Shown: one piece after another, positions 35,881 through 49,021 of the stretch
How positions within the stretch are numbered: position 1 is the first letter of the stretch
Layout: each line of letters begins with the position of its first letter
Origin: Octopus bimaculoides
Lineage: Eukaryota
Assembly: GCF_001194135.2 (NCBI RefSeq)
Contig: NC_068996.1
Location: 24,263,239-24,327,002, forward strand
Direction of reading: 5' to 3'
DNA: 63,764 bases
Program-made: the position numbers and the translations under genes
The notes under the pieces: generated by a model
What the model saw: only the letters and a program-made list of their open reading frames with translations
What the model was told of the DNA's origin: nothing
The model's database searches: none

Positions 35881-36299
35881 TGGATCTCATGTTATTCTGA
35901 GAGGGAGGAATTTGAATGGCCGGATCAATTGCGCTGGTGTTGAGTAGTGACTGTGTCTGCTGATCTTCTTGCTGTTGTTGTTGAACTGTAGTTGGAGAAA
36001 ATACATATTGAAGTTTCTCAAAATGCCTGTGAATTTTATCAAAAATGAGATTTTAATATGTTTGAGTTTGTTTGTTACATATCAGCTTCTCATTCAGTTA
36101 TTGAACAGTTAGAATGGTCTCCTGGCAATATATATATATATATATATATATAATTCAGACAAGAGGCATCTAGAGTTCTGTGATACACTATGTGGACATT
36201 TGTGCACTGTGCAATTAATAAACTGAGTCCTTTGAGAAAATTTAAATGCAAGATTGGTCCTAGATTGCAAGTCATTTGACCAAGCTATAGGTCGTTTTG

Positions 36300-37040
36300 A
36301 GAAAAGTTATCTCATGTTATTTCAATTCTAAGGGACATCTATTATTACTTGAATTGTGTGCCAAATATGATCCAGCCTTGACAAACACCTTTCAGCTGCC
36401 TTGAAAAGTGGTTTTATAGGTGCCACCCATCAATGAAGTGATTGCATCTCTTAAACTTTGTACTTACTTGCAGAGACAACATTGTTGATATAAACTGTAC
36501 AAGTTCCATGGGAGTAGGAAACTGAGTGCCTCCTTCATCATATGATGATACAGGCCAAATACAATCTGTCTGGCAGGCAGAAGTGCAAAAATATCAGCAA
36601 AACTACACCAAGACAACTGAATGTCATCAACCTAAAATCTCTGAAGTACAATATAATACTACAGGGTGGTGAGCTGGCAGAATTGTTAGCACGCTGGGCG
36701 AAATGCTTAGCTGTATTTCATCTGCCGTTACGCTCTGAGTTCAAATTCCACCGAGGTTGACTTTGCCTTTCATCCTTTCAGGGTCGATTAAAGAAGTACC
36801 AGTTATGCACTGGGGTCAATGTAATCGACTTAATCCCGTTGTCTGTCCATGTTTGTCCCCTCTATGTTTAGCCCCTCCGTGGGCAATAAAGAAATAAATA
36901 TAATGCCCACTCATGGGGAATATGGCCAGCCACCTAACAATACTATGTGATATCCCACCAACTAACACTGCACTTGCTCAAGCTTTGTCACATACAGTTG
37001 CATGAGGCAAGCTACAATACATGAATTTTAAAGGTGCATG
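36300..37040 (+). mobile_element. Decayed hAT-type transposase remnant, interrupted by an S2 SINE
   Basis: GHLLLLELCAKYDPAL...HQ/NEVIASL resembles the hAT GNF..LLEL.AKYDP.L...IQNE.I motif; the remainder is heavily decayed. Confidence 0.45.
36664..36896 (+). mobile_element. S2 SINE, full length, ~10-bp TSD
   Basis: aatataatac (36650-59) and aatataatgc (36897-906); complete S2 body. Confidence 0.92.
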
Positions 37041-37092
37041 AGCATGCACAAACACACACATACACACGTTCATACATGGGAACACATGCATA

Positions 37093-37466
37093 TCATCATC
37101 ATCATCGTTTAACGTCCGCTTTCCATGCTAGCATGGGTTGGACGATTTGACTGAGGACTGGTGAAACCGGATGGCAACACCAGGCTCCAGTCTGATTTGG
37201 CAGAGTTTCTACAGCTGGATGCCCTTCCTAACGCCAACCACTCAGAGAGTGTAGTGGGTGCTTTTACGTGTCACCCGCACGAAAACGGCCACGCTCGAAA
37301 TGGTGTCTTTTATGTGCCACCCGCACAAGCCAGTCCAGGGGCACTGGCAACGATCTCGCTCGAAAATCCTACAGGAGCCAGTCAGGCGGTACTGGCAACG
37401 GCCACGCTCAAAATGGTGCATCTCATGTGCCACCCGCACAAGAACCAGTCCAGGGGCACTGGCAAC
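37093..37466 (-). mobile_element. Young RTE 3' end with tandem subrepeats, running into an assembly gap
   Basis: (CAT)n tail plus repeated ggccacgctc.aaatggtg...gtgccacccgcacaag..ccagtccaggggcactggcaac. Confidence 0.92.
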
Positions 37467-38299
37467 NNNNNNNNNNNNNNNNNNNNNNNNNNNNNNNNNN
37501 NNNNNNNNNNNNNNNNNNNNNNNNNNNNNNNNNNNNNNNNNNNNNNNNNNNNNNNNNNNNNNNNNNNNNNNNNNNNNNNNNNNNNNNNNNNNNNNNNNNN
37601 NNNNNNNNNNNNNNNNNNNNNNNNNNNNNNNNNNNNNNNNNNNNNNNNNNNNNNNNNNNNNNNNNNNNNNNNNNNNNNNNNNNNNNNNNNNNNNNNNNNN
37701 NNNNNNNNNNNNNNNNNNNNNNNNNNNNNNNNNNNNNNNNNNNNNNNNNNNNNNNNNNNNNNNNNNNNNNNNNNNNNNNNNNNNNNNNNNNNNNNNNNNN
37801 NNNNNNNNNNNNNNNNNNNNNNNNNNNNNNNNNNNNNNNNNNNNNNNNNNNNNNNNNNNNNNNNNNNNNNNNNNNNNNNNNNNNNNNNNNNNNNNNNNNN
37901 NNNNNNNNNNNNNNNNNNNNNNNNNNNNNNNNNNNNNNNNNNNNNNNNNNNNNNNNNNNNNNNNNNNNNNNNNNNNNNNNNNNNNNNNNNNNNNNNNNNN
38001 NNNNNNNNNNNNNNNNNNNNNNNNNNNNNNNNNNNNNNNNNNNNNNNNNNNNNNNNNNNNNNNNNNNNNNNNNNNNNNNNNNNNNNNNNNNNNNNNNNNN
38101 NNNNNNNNNNNNNNNNNNNNNNNNNNNNNNNNNNNNNNNNNNNNNNNNNNNNNNNNNNNNNNNNNNNNNNNNNNNNNNNNNNNNNNNNNNNNNNNNNNNN
38201 NNNNNNNNNNNNNNNNNNNNNNNNNNNNNNNNNNNNNNNNNNNNNNNNNNNNNNNNNNNNNNNNNNNNNNNNNNNNNNNNNNNNNNNNNNNNNNNNNNN

Positions 38300-38379
<80 letters not shown>

Positions 38380-38407
38380 TTGCATACATATAAATGTATG
38401 TATAGTT

Positions 38408-38451
<44 letters not shown>

Positions 38452-39519
38452 GCATACACACATATTTGCATGAAAATATATAAAAAGTACAAAAAAAAGC
38501 ACAATAAATAAGATATAATTTTAAATTTTACTACTTAATCTGAGTTGGATATACTAGTACTCCATCCATTTAACCACTTCTCAGATTGTGTTCAAGTGAA
38601 CCCAATGCACCAAGTAAGCATTTCTTGAGATATTCAATGTTGAAAAACATCAACATTTTGAGAGTATTCTTTTTTAAGTTTGGTGCCATGTCTGAAATTA
38701 AATTTTGATAATAATCATTTTTTGCATGTTGTTTACATTCTGAACCTAAGTGTTTTTATATTATTACTACTTCTTCAGAGAGCCCACAACACTAGAAATG
38801 CTAACTTTCTTTATTAACTGTTTGTTTAATTTTTGAAGAACAAGAAATCTCAGCTCATCTCCACCCTCTGTATACTTGTGTTATTTTATATGAGAAGGAA
38901 TTACATTGAAATTTAGAAGAAATTGTCCCTCCTCACCTGCTTTCATTATTTTACATAATGTCTTTCTTTGATGAGTGATTTTTCCATCTCTTTTTCCCTT
39001 CATATTTTCATTTGTAATTACTCCTTCTTCATTGCATAATGAAGATGTAGTACTACAGGTCAGTGCTGTTAGAGGATCAGAGGACCAACTATTTGTTCAT
39101 CTATTTGTTATATACTGGGTCTAAAGATATTTTCTTTGCTATTCTCCAGTTTGTTGGCAGGTAATATTCTTGTTCTTTTTGTCATTGTTGATGTTGGTTT
39201 TCATTGTAGACTTTGCTTAATTTTTCAAGTTCTTCATAGCATACACATTTAAGGTGCATTTTACTCCAACAACTTGGACTTCTGCCTTGTATCTTCAATG
39301 TCATGCCCTTTGTCTTGGCACCTTTATCTAGGCACAGTTTTGGTATTGCTCTGTGAACTTCAGGTTCATGCTACATTACATCAGTTGTTACCAAGGTATG
39401 CTACTACATTTATTATTAAAAACAACATCTGTTATTTTAATTCCAATTTGTTCTAAAAGTATCTTTTCTCGTGTTTCAAACATTATTTCCATTTATTAGA
39501 CCTGTTCCTTTTTAGACAC

Positions 39520-39925
39520 ATTAATTCTGTGAAAGCTCAACACCATATTTTTGACAAAAACAAGCTAATTCCCCTCCAGGGACTTGATCTAATTGTACTT
39601 AAGTTAAACATTAATAATGTTACTATCATATCACTGAAGGCTGCGTTTTGGATTCACTATTATCACATTCATGACAATAACATTTGTTAATTCCCCTCCA
39701 GGGTCTCCGCTTAACTGTAGTTATCATTATTGTTAATGATAACTGTAGTTATCATTAACTGTTATCATTATTGTTGTTGGTGCTGGTGGTGGTGGTGGTA
39801 GTGGTGATGTTGTTACTGTTACATCATTGAAGACTATATATTCAGATCCACTTGTGTACCACATTCCTGACAACAGAATCTGTTAATTTCCCTCCAGGGA
39901 TTTCACTTAATTGTAGTTAGGTTTA
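39520..39925. repeat. Diverged tandem triplication, ~120-bp unit
   Basis: taatt(c/t)ccctccaggg at 39566, 39688 and 39884, with alignable upstream sequence (cacatt..tgacaa); the last interval is expanded by a microsatellite. Confidence 0.65.
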
Positions 39926-39939
39926 ATATTGGTTAATAT

Positions 39940-40243
39940 TGGTTTCAAATTTTGGCACAAGACCAGCAATTTCGAGGGAGAAAGTAAATAGATTATATCA
40001 ACCCCAGTGTTCAACTGGTACTTATTTTATTGACCCCAAAAGAATGAAAGGCAAAGTCAACCTAGGCAGAATTTGAATGCAGAATTATGTTATCTCTATG
40101 TTCTGAGATCAAATTCCACCAAGGTTAACTTTGTCTTTCATTGTTTCAAGGTCAATAAAATAAGTACCAGTTGCACACTGGGGTTGATGCAATTGACTTG
40201 CTCCCCCTCCCCCCTTCAGAGTTGCTGGTCTTGTGCTAAAATT
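39940..40243. mobile_element. Head-to-head pair of S2-like SINE fragments forming an imperfect ~300-bp palindrome
   Basis: 39940-40084 is the reverse complement of the S2 body and 40097-40243 is forward; both stop at the ttctgag.tcaaattc head motif. Confidence 0.75.
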
Positions 40244-40519
40244 AGCAAGAATTGTTGTTGCTGTTATTGTTGTTAGGACTGTCATTCACCAAAGATAATG
40301 TAGAGAAAGAATAAACAAGGTGAAGAAGTTTGTCCCTAATCTCTGCCTTTGGAAAGAAAGGAAGATGAAAATTATGCAAATTATATGAAACAAAATCATC
40401 TTCCTCTTCATGCACCACCACTACCACCACCATCATCATCATCACCATCATCATCATCACCATCATCAACATCAAATCATCACCACCATCATCATTGTCA
40501 TTGTCATCATCATTGATTT

Positions 40520-42010
40520 CCAAAGATCAGGAGGAGTACTGGACTGTCATTCATAACACAAACCCATTTCAAACATCCAGTATGTGAGTAGAAGATCAAA
40601 CCACTCAAAAGCAATTATCAATTCAATAATAAGGGGCATTTCATTTAAAATTTCTAGACTTTTGGCAAATGAGGAAGTATTTAGACAAAATGAAACATAC
40701 TACAATTTGGCTTTAACTAAGGATGGTTACACTGAGAAAATTCATCGTTTTCCTGATATAAATGTTAAGAAGACACGTAAGGACAAGGAATTACCTAAAC
40801 AGATGACTGATGACCATGGTAATAATAGAAATAAAGATATTAAGGTATATGATAAAGCATTTGATAGTAAGATGAAAATTATTGGTAAAAGGAAATGCAG
40901 AACAGTAAGTGTATCAGGTTATAATTAAGAAACCTAAATAGAAGAACAAAGAGTGCATATAGCTGTGTGACCACAGTGACTAGACCTAGAATTAATCAGA
41001 CCATTTTAGCAAATAAGCAGCCGGCAAATTTTAATGATAACAAAAACAGAAATAATAAAAGAGATTCCAGTTCAGGAGATGAATGTGCTTCTCTTCACAA
41101 TGTTATTAGTGATGATGTACAAAGCAATAGACCTAACAGTATTAACTGTAATTTCAGTCCCAGAAAACAGAGCATGTAACAGACAGGTCACCAAGTTAAA
41201 TGTTCCATTTGGAGCTCAGATAGGCACAAATATACTTGGTAAATTTTTCATGACCATGGACAAGTATTTTCCCTCTTCAAACAAGCATAGGAGTATATTT
41301 AACAGATATATTAATTAATTTGCATACCCAACCACAAATAACATAGCTGAGATTAAAACAGTGCATAATGTTTCAGAATTGAGAAACTTTTATCCATATT
41401 AGGATAATAATAAGCTATCTGAGGCCATATATAATAAGTCATGGATATTTAGCATGGATAAAGAAAGTATTTGTATGTTACGTGTGTCCTGTCATGAGAT
41501 GGGAAATGTTGTTAATATATCTCATAAAGGCAATAAAAGGAATGTGAACCTATGGAATGAAAACTTAATAATATACAAAACGAATCATCTAGAAATGCCC
41601 CTGAATAAATAATACCTAAGAAAAAATATATAATTTATAATGCTCTGTAACAATACACACATTAAAAAAATCATTATCATTATTATTTAGGCACCTGCAC
41701 AACAAACTTTAAATATAGATTATATAATCACAAGTCTTCATTTAAATACAAGAGAAAAGAAAATGTCACATCATTAAGCAAGTTTATTTGGAGCCTCGAT
41801 CACAATGATATTAGCTACTCTGTTGAATGGTCTGTAATAGATAATATCCTATCATATAATGTATGGAATGTTAGGTATAATTTGTGCCTTGAAAAGATGC
41901 TACCAATTCTGAAATGCAGCTCTAACCTAATAAAAAGAGTAACGAATTAATATTACACTATTCACATTAATATAGAAGAATTTTCCAAGTTATTCCAAAT
42001 AAATATGCTA
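40520..42010 (+). mobile_element. Penelope-like element, 5'-truncated (RT thumb, linker, GIY-YIG)
   Basis: KPISNIQYVSRRSNHS..IINSI.RGISFKISRL..NEEVF; NVPFGAQIGTNILGKFF..MDKYFP....IFNR; LGTCTTNFKYRLYNHKSSFKY...TSLSKFIWSL; YSVEWSVI..YN...YNLCLEK. Confidence 0.85.
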
Positions 42011-43135
42011 CTTAATTAGGATACTCTGATATGTATTAATATATTAATTCTATCATCTTAATTGCCTTATTACAGCATAGTAAGGCAATTTACAATTCTA
42101 CAATACAACTAACAGTTGTTTAGTCACTGTATCATATTTTAATGATTCTATTTCCCTGACTTTATTTTGTCCCTTCATTAAATTTTTGGTACTCCTTTCC
42201 TTAAACATTTTCCAAAGTCACTATAGATATATATCATGATGAGTAAGAAGTGTATATGCAGACTTATGAGTATGTATGTATGTATGTATGTATATGCATG
42301 TATGTATATATATATAGGGAGAGAGAGAGTGAGAAAGAGAGAGGGACAGAGAGATGTGTGTGTGTGTATATATATGTATGCATTTAAATACTGCATGCAT
42401 GTGTGTGTGAGAGTGTGTACAGATGGTGTATTTTATTTTTTAATTTTTCGTATTTTTACAAATATATTTTATGCAATGTATTTTTATTTAATATCAACCC
42501 CTCCAATGGTCTAAAACATAATTAGTATGTGCTGATTTTCTTTTCTAGTTCTAGTAAATTCATTGTCTTCTACTATTAAGTTGTATTTAACAACATCACA
42601 GATTAAATTACAATTCTATCTTGACAAGATATATAACTGCTGGCTGTCATTAAACTAAGGACATCTGATAAAGATACCCACTTTGCTTATGATACAGACA
42701 CTGGACTACAAAGATGGAGACAATGGTCTGGAATTTATTGCTTGTAAACCTCTAGCAGAAGCATTCTGACATTGAAAACAGTAACTTGGTAACTACATGC
42801 TTTGTATCGCTGACAATTTAATCAATCGAATGAAGGATCAATCAAATATACGCACTGCAATGTGCAGCTCTTGCATGATACCAAGCCATTCAAAACATAT
42901 GTAAGCTAAATAAAGCATTGATAATGCATTTTCATAGTTGCTTTTTTTTTTTTAAATATATTCTGTGATTAATGCACAGAATGTAAATGATGATCTCCCT
43001 TGGCTTTACAAATTATACTTGTCACAATTAAACTATAACAATGTATACAGATTGCTATCATAATAACTGGACAATTTAGTTAACTAGGTTTGAATGCTTA
43101 AATAAGCATTCACCTGGGTTTATTTTCCTTCATTA

Positions 43136-43512
43136 AGGAGTGGCTGTGTGGTAAGTAGCCTGCTTACCAACCACATGGTTCCGGGTTCAGTCCCACTGCG
43201 TGGCACCTTGGGCAAGTGTCTTCTACTATAGCCTCGGGCCGACCAAAGCCTTGTGAGTGGATTTGGTAGACGGAAGCTGAAAGAAGCCCATCATATATAT
43301 GTGTGTTTGTGTGTCTGTGTTCATCCCCCCACCATCGCTTGACAACCGATGCTGGTGTGTTTATGTCCCCATAACTTAGCGGTTCGGCAAAAAGAGACCG
43401 ATAGAATAAGTACTGGGCTTACAAAGAATAAGTCCTGGGGTCGATTTTCTCGACTAAAGGTGGTGCTCCAGCATGGCCGCAGTAAAAAATGACTGAAAAG
43501 AGTAAAAGAGTA
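43136..43512 (+). mobile_element. S1 SINE, young and full length
   Basis: Complete consensus-like copy with CpGs retained. Confidence 0.93.
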
Positions 43513-44120
43513 TATCTATACACACACACACACACACATCACAAGGCTTCTACATTAGAATACATACATTACTCAAGGTAGTGCACAGTGGGGCTGAACC
43601 TGAAACTGTGTGATTGCAAATTGCAAAGTGAACTTCTTAACTACACTGGCATAACCAAACCTATCATATGCATACAGTATTCAAACTGAACCCTTTTAAT
43701 CTGCAATTCTTGATATATTACATATTTCCTCTATAGTAACTCCTGGTTTTCCCCAATCCTATGTATGGACATCGGGACCGAATTCTTCATTAACATGACA
43801 GAATCTCCAAGCATTAGAGTAGAATGCCAGTTTATATCAATTACTTCCATGTGATTAGAGACACAGCAATTTCAGCAGAAGTTAATGTTACGAAAACAGT
43901 TATTTGATATTAGTGTTTAAAGTAAATCAGAAGATTGGAGTGGGGGTGGGGAGATCTTTCATTTTAAGTGATCCATGGTCTTTTTTTTTTTTTTTGCACG
44001 GTGATTAACATCACAGAAATAAATTACATGGAGGTCATTTGGTAAACCTTTAATGAGTTTTAAAGGGACACTACAGAAAAAGAAAATTTCTTTAGTTATT
44101 TTTTTTTATTGTTTTATATA

Positions 44121-44151
<31 letters not shown>

Positions 44152-44732
44152 NNNNNNNNNNNNNNNNNNNNNNNNNNNNNNNNNNNNNNNNNNNNNNNNN
44201 NNNNNNNNNNNNNNNNNNNNNNNNNNNNNNNNNNNNNNNNNNNNNNNNNNNNNNNNNNNNNNNNNNNNNNNNNNNNNNNNNNNNNNNNNNNNNNNNNNNN
44301 NNNNNNNNNNNNNNNNNNNNNNNNNNNNNNNNNNNNNNNNNNNNNNNNNNNNNNNNNNNNNNNNNNNNNNNNNNNNNNNNNNNNNNNNNNNNNNNNNNNN
44401 NNNNNNNNNNNNNNNNNNNNNNNNNNNNNNNNNNNNNNNNNNNNNNNNNNNNNNNNNNNNNNNNNNNNNNNNNNNNNNTATATATATATATATATATATA
44501 TATTCAACAGTATCAGTGTAAAGTAGTGAGTAGGTATAAGCAAACTTTAGGTTAGTTAAAATATATTTGTGATATATTTCAACATCTAAAGGCAAAGTTT
44601 ACTGTAGTTACCATGAAGATATAATGGTTTTACACCTTTTTACCATGAGATAAAATTTTTTTCTCCATGGTCAAAATAGTGAATTTACCTTTAGAAGTTG
44701 AAATGTCACAATCATATTTTAACTAACCTAAA

Positions 44733-44763
<31 letters not shown>

Positions 44764-44842
44764 TGCATACACACATGCATGTGCATGTGTGTTTTTATAT
44801 ATATATATATGCGTGTGTGTGTGTTAATATATATATATATAT

Positions 44843-45196
44843 AAATTCTATAATTATAAGCATAATTATAATTAGGGTTCAGCAAAAATTGCTTCACCAC
44901 ATACCAAAATTTAGAAATAGCAGTTAAAAACTATTCCACTACCATAAGATATCTCCCAGACAGGGAGATATTTTATGTCTGGGAGATATCTTATAGTAGT
45001 GGAATAGTATGTAACTGCTATTTCTAAATTTCGGTATGCGGTGAAGCAATTTTTGCTGAACCTTAATTATAATTAGGCTTATAATTATAGAATTTTTTTG
45101 TATAAGGTTACCGATAATGGTTCTTTTAACATACCGAACTATTTGGAATTAATTATTAATTAATAATTGATTAATTAATTTTACCCTTTATTATTA

Positions 45197-45199
<3 letters not shown>
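44843..45199. mobile_element. Palindromic insert (120-bp arms, 13-nt loop) plus ~100-bp tail within (TA)n
   Basis: 44843-44962 is the near-perfect reverse complement of 44976-45095; (TA)n on both flanks. Confidence 0.75.
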
Positions 45200-45233
<34 letters not shown>

Positions 45234-45411
45234 TTATGTGCAAATAAATATGCATATATCTCGAAATGGGGAGTAGATAGACAGCTGACAACTGATGAAG
45301 GGTCATTCTTTGTATTACTTGTCTTTTCTTTTCTCTCATTATTTGCGTTTTTAACTCATTTGTTTTCATATTTCATGTTGTTTACTGTTGGTGACATCTT
45401 GTGCCCATATA

Positions 45412-45452
<41 letters not shown>

Positions 45453-45874
45453 CTTCGCATTTTCTTTTTGATATGCTAGACCACTGGTTTAAATTGATGT
45501 TGATTGATATCAACTCCCATTATTTAATTTATAAATATATATTTTTATATATNNNNNNNNNNNNNNNNNNNNNNNNNNNNNNNNNNNNNNNNNNNNNNNN
45601 NNNNNNNNNNNNNNNNNNNNNNNNNNNNNNNNNNNNNNNNNNNNNNNNNNNNNNNNNNNNNNNNNNNNNNNNNNNNNNNNNNNNNNNNNNNNNNNNNNNN
45701 NNNNNNNNNNNNNNNNNNNNNNNNNNNNNNNNNNNNNNNNNNNNNNNNNNNNNNNNNNNNNNNNNNNNNNNNNNNNNNNNNNNNNNNNNNNNNNNNNNNN
45801 NNNNNNNNNNNNNNNNNNNNNNNNNNNNNNNNNNNNNNNNNNNNNNNNNNNNNNNNNNNNNNNNNNNNNNNNNN

Positions 45875-45912
<38 letters not shown>

Positions 45913-46201
45913 CACACATACATATATATATATATGAACATATGTGTATGTGAGTGTATATATATATATATATACATGACCACATATAATTTATACACAA
46001 ATGTTTATTTGCTTAAGTATTTATGTGTATATATACATATACAAAGTGAGATACTAGATGGAAAGATTGATAAAATGCTAGATAGATGGATAATTAAATG
46101 GCAGCTGGATAAATAGATGGATGTATGTGTGCATGTATGTGTGTGTGTGTCTATGCACATATATGTGTATGTGTGTGTTTTGTGGCTGTGTGTGTTTGTG
46201 G

Positions 46202-46236
<35 letters not shown>

Positions 46237-47228
46237 GAATGAGAGAGAGAGGGGACGAAGGGAGAGGGAGATGGGGAGAGGGGAAGAGAGAGGGAGAGAG
46301 AGACAGACAGACAGATAGACAGACAGATAGACAGACAGACAAACAGACAGACAGCCAGAGAGAGGGATAGAGAGATAAGAGGAAAAGAGAGTGGGAAAGG
46401 AATTAGGGATCATCAGAAAGATATTGTATGCTAAACCAATATCCTGCTATAGGGATTTCATTCAGTCCCAGAACACAACCCACTTTGCTATTGTCAATCT
46501 TGCACCAAAAAGTTTTAATTCAATTTTCCTCTCTATTACATTTGAAAAAGAGAAAACTTACGGAAACAAGTTTCAAATCAGGATTAAAAGATTAACTGAT
46601 TAAAATTAAGATTACACGGCTTAGAGAATGAGATTAAGATTCGTACCAAATGTGGGCTTCTTTTTAGGAAGCGTATACCAATCTTTATTAATTTAACAAC
46701 ATATAAAGCAGCTTGCTAAAAATAACAGCCATATTGCCTGCATATCACACTCTGCTGTCTCAAAAAAAAAATGGGACGGATTCATTCAATAATATACACA
46801 ATGCCTGGGAAAATAGATAGAATGGTTACAGATGTAACCAAGAGTGCTTTGGTGGGTTTTAGAAACCCCTGCACCACCCTACCTTATTTCAGTTCCTGTG
46901 AGATTAGATATTATTTTAATTTTGTGCCTTTTCCCAATTAGATGTGGGCTAGCCAAGGATCCATTTTAATAATTGAGAGGTACCCCTTCGTTGAAATCCT
47001 GGTCACACCCATGATGGTCACAGCTTGAGCATCTTTGATCATGACTTCACTAAATATTTGTATGTATGTGTGTATGTATTTGTGTGTGTCTGTGTGTGTG
47101 TGTGTATGCATATATGGAAAAAATATATATATGTAATATTTGTATGTATATGCATATATATATGTATATAGATAGATAGATAGACATACATACATACACA
47201 CACTCACATATATATATAATACATACAT

Positions 47229-47272
<44 letters not shown>

Positions 47273-47344
47273 CATACAACTATATATATGCACTCACACA
47301 CACTTTTTTATTCATGTGTGTGTGTATGTGTGTGTGTGTGTGTG

Positions 47345-47455
47345 TTATTAAGCTTCTTTTCCTCTTTATTCACACCCACTATATCCAGTTTTTGATGTTC
47401 TATTTCATGACCACATTGGACAATTTCATCCCACACTATCTTTACCTTGTTCTCT
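47345..47455 (-). mobile_element. Short Dong/R4 RLE remnant next to (TAA)n
   Basis: IENKVKIVWDEIVQCGHEIEHQKLDIVGVNKEEKKL resembles EN..VKILWD..IQCD..I....PDIV.V.K.E. Confidence 0.6.
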
Positions 47456-47461
47456 ATCATC

Positions 47462-47523
<62 letters not shown>

Positions 47524-47699
47524 CATTATTTATAAAATCTAGAAAAAGTCTAGTGAAATGCAACTACCCAATGTTTCTTGCTGAATTATCAATTTTATTT
47601 CACAATCTATCAAACTGTAAAAGCAACAAGATGATTTAGTAACTGCATTCAATGTAATAAAGGTTCGAATGAGCACACACACTTAGCAATCAGAATGCA

Positions 47700-48085
47700 A
47701 TCAAGGGAAGATAATTAACTGCATTTCATAAACCAACACTGGAATGGATTATGGGGTCCAGTGATTTATCCTTAGTTCCTGTTAAGATGTATTTTGTAAA
47801 ATGCAGACATAGTAGAAACATCTTGCTCCTGGTATTTATACAGTCCCTGAATGTTCTTAAGTTTTTTAAAAGATACAATTTTTCAAGTAAGGGTATGGAA
47901 CATGTTTTTGATTCTTTGGTCTTAGAAAGGATCTTCCATGTAATGTGGTAGTTGGTGTTGTCATCCTTAAGTCTCCAGGTTAATGCCAAGAGGTTTGTTG
48001 CATGTTTCTTATCAGGATGTCTAGAGTTATAAAGATGATTGTTGTATCTAGATTTTAATTTTAATTTTTATCTCTGCAAACCCTA
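47700..48085 (-). mobile_element. Penelope-like GIY-YIG remnant
   Basis: KSRYNNHLYNSRHPDKKHATNL.ALTWRLKDDNTNYHITWKIL...TCSIPLLEKLYLL...INTRS. Confidence 0.8.
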
Positions 48086-48414
48086 TCACCATGTGGTTGG
48101 TAAGCAAGCTACTTACCACACAGCCATTCCTGTGCCTGTATATGTATATATTTTCATTAATATTTAGCAGAAGCAATAGAGTGACTCAAGGTTCAAGAGA
48201 TTTGTGCTGTTGAGAAAGAAAATTTTAACATTGAGAGGCGGAAGTGAGATTAGATCTCAGGATGCTGGTCTTCTTGAAAAAGATGACAGAGGATCTCGGA
48301 CCAATGTGCAGTGATAAAAATAACAACAAAAAAAACTAATAATAAAAAGACATTTAACATGTCCACTTCATACTATCATGTTAAAAAATAGATGCTAAAA
48401 TTACTATAATTACA

Positions 48415-48612
48415 ATGATGATTATGATGGTGGTGGTAGTGGTGGATTGGTGGTGCTGGTATGTTGGTGGTGCTGATAGGTTGGTGGTGGTGGATTTGTG
48501 GTGGTGGTGGTGGTGGTGACAGTGGTATTCACGGTGGTGTTGGTTGTGGTAGCAGTAATGGTGGTAAAGGTGGTGATGGTGACATTGGTTGTGGTCGTGT
48601 TTGTGGTCGTGG
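48415..48612. repeat. Degenerate (GGT)n tract
   Basis: Directly visible. Confidence 0.9.
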
Positions 48613-48977
48613 TAAGGATGGCGGGAGTGGGGGTGGGGAGACCGCAATAACAGATTCAGGAAAAATGAAGTCACAAAAAAACCAAAAAAATAAATAAATA
48701 AAAATAAATCCTCATATTTATAAAAGGTAAAGGACTATATATATATATATATGTATGTATGTATGTATGCATGTATGTATGTATGTATGTATGTATATAT
48801 GCATGTCTATATATGGTGCGCGTGTGTGTGTGTACAATAACAGATGTCCAAAACTGTCTCTAAAGTAATAATAATGTTGGTGTTGTTATTATTGTTTAGT
48901 TTTAGGTTAACCCAGATTATATTATTGAGTAGACTTATACTCAAAGATGTTCCAGCCGTGGCTATTCTAGCTTTTTG

Positions 48978-49021
<44 letters not shown>

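Noticed and set aside
36110-36165. Possible hammerhead with a (TA)n loop
   Set aside because: Both core motifs are too mutated to support.
39566-39925. Repeat-spacer pattern resembling a CRISPR array
   Set aside because: Eukaryotic context, only three diverged repeats, and spacers that are long, unequal and homologous to each other.
45250-45320. CTGATGAAG with an upstream CGAAA
   Set aside because: No stem II followed by GAAA downstream, and no valid permuted topology.
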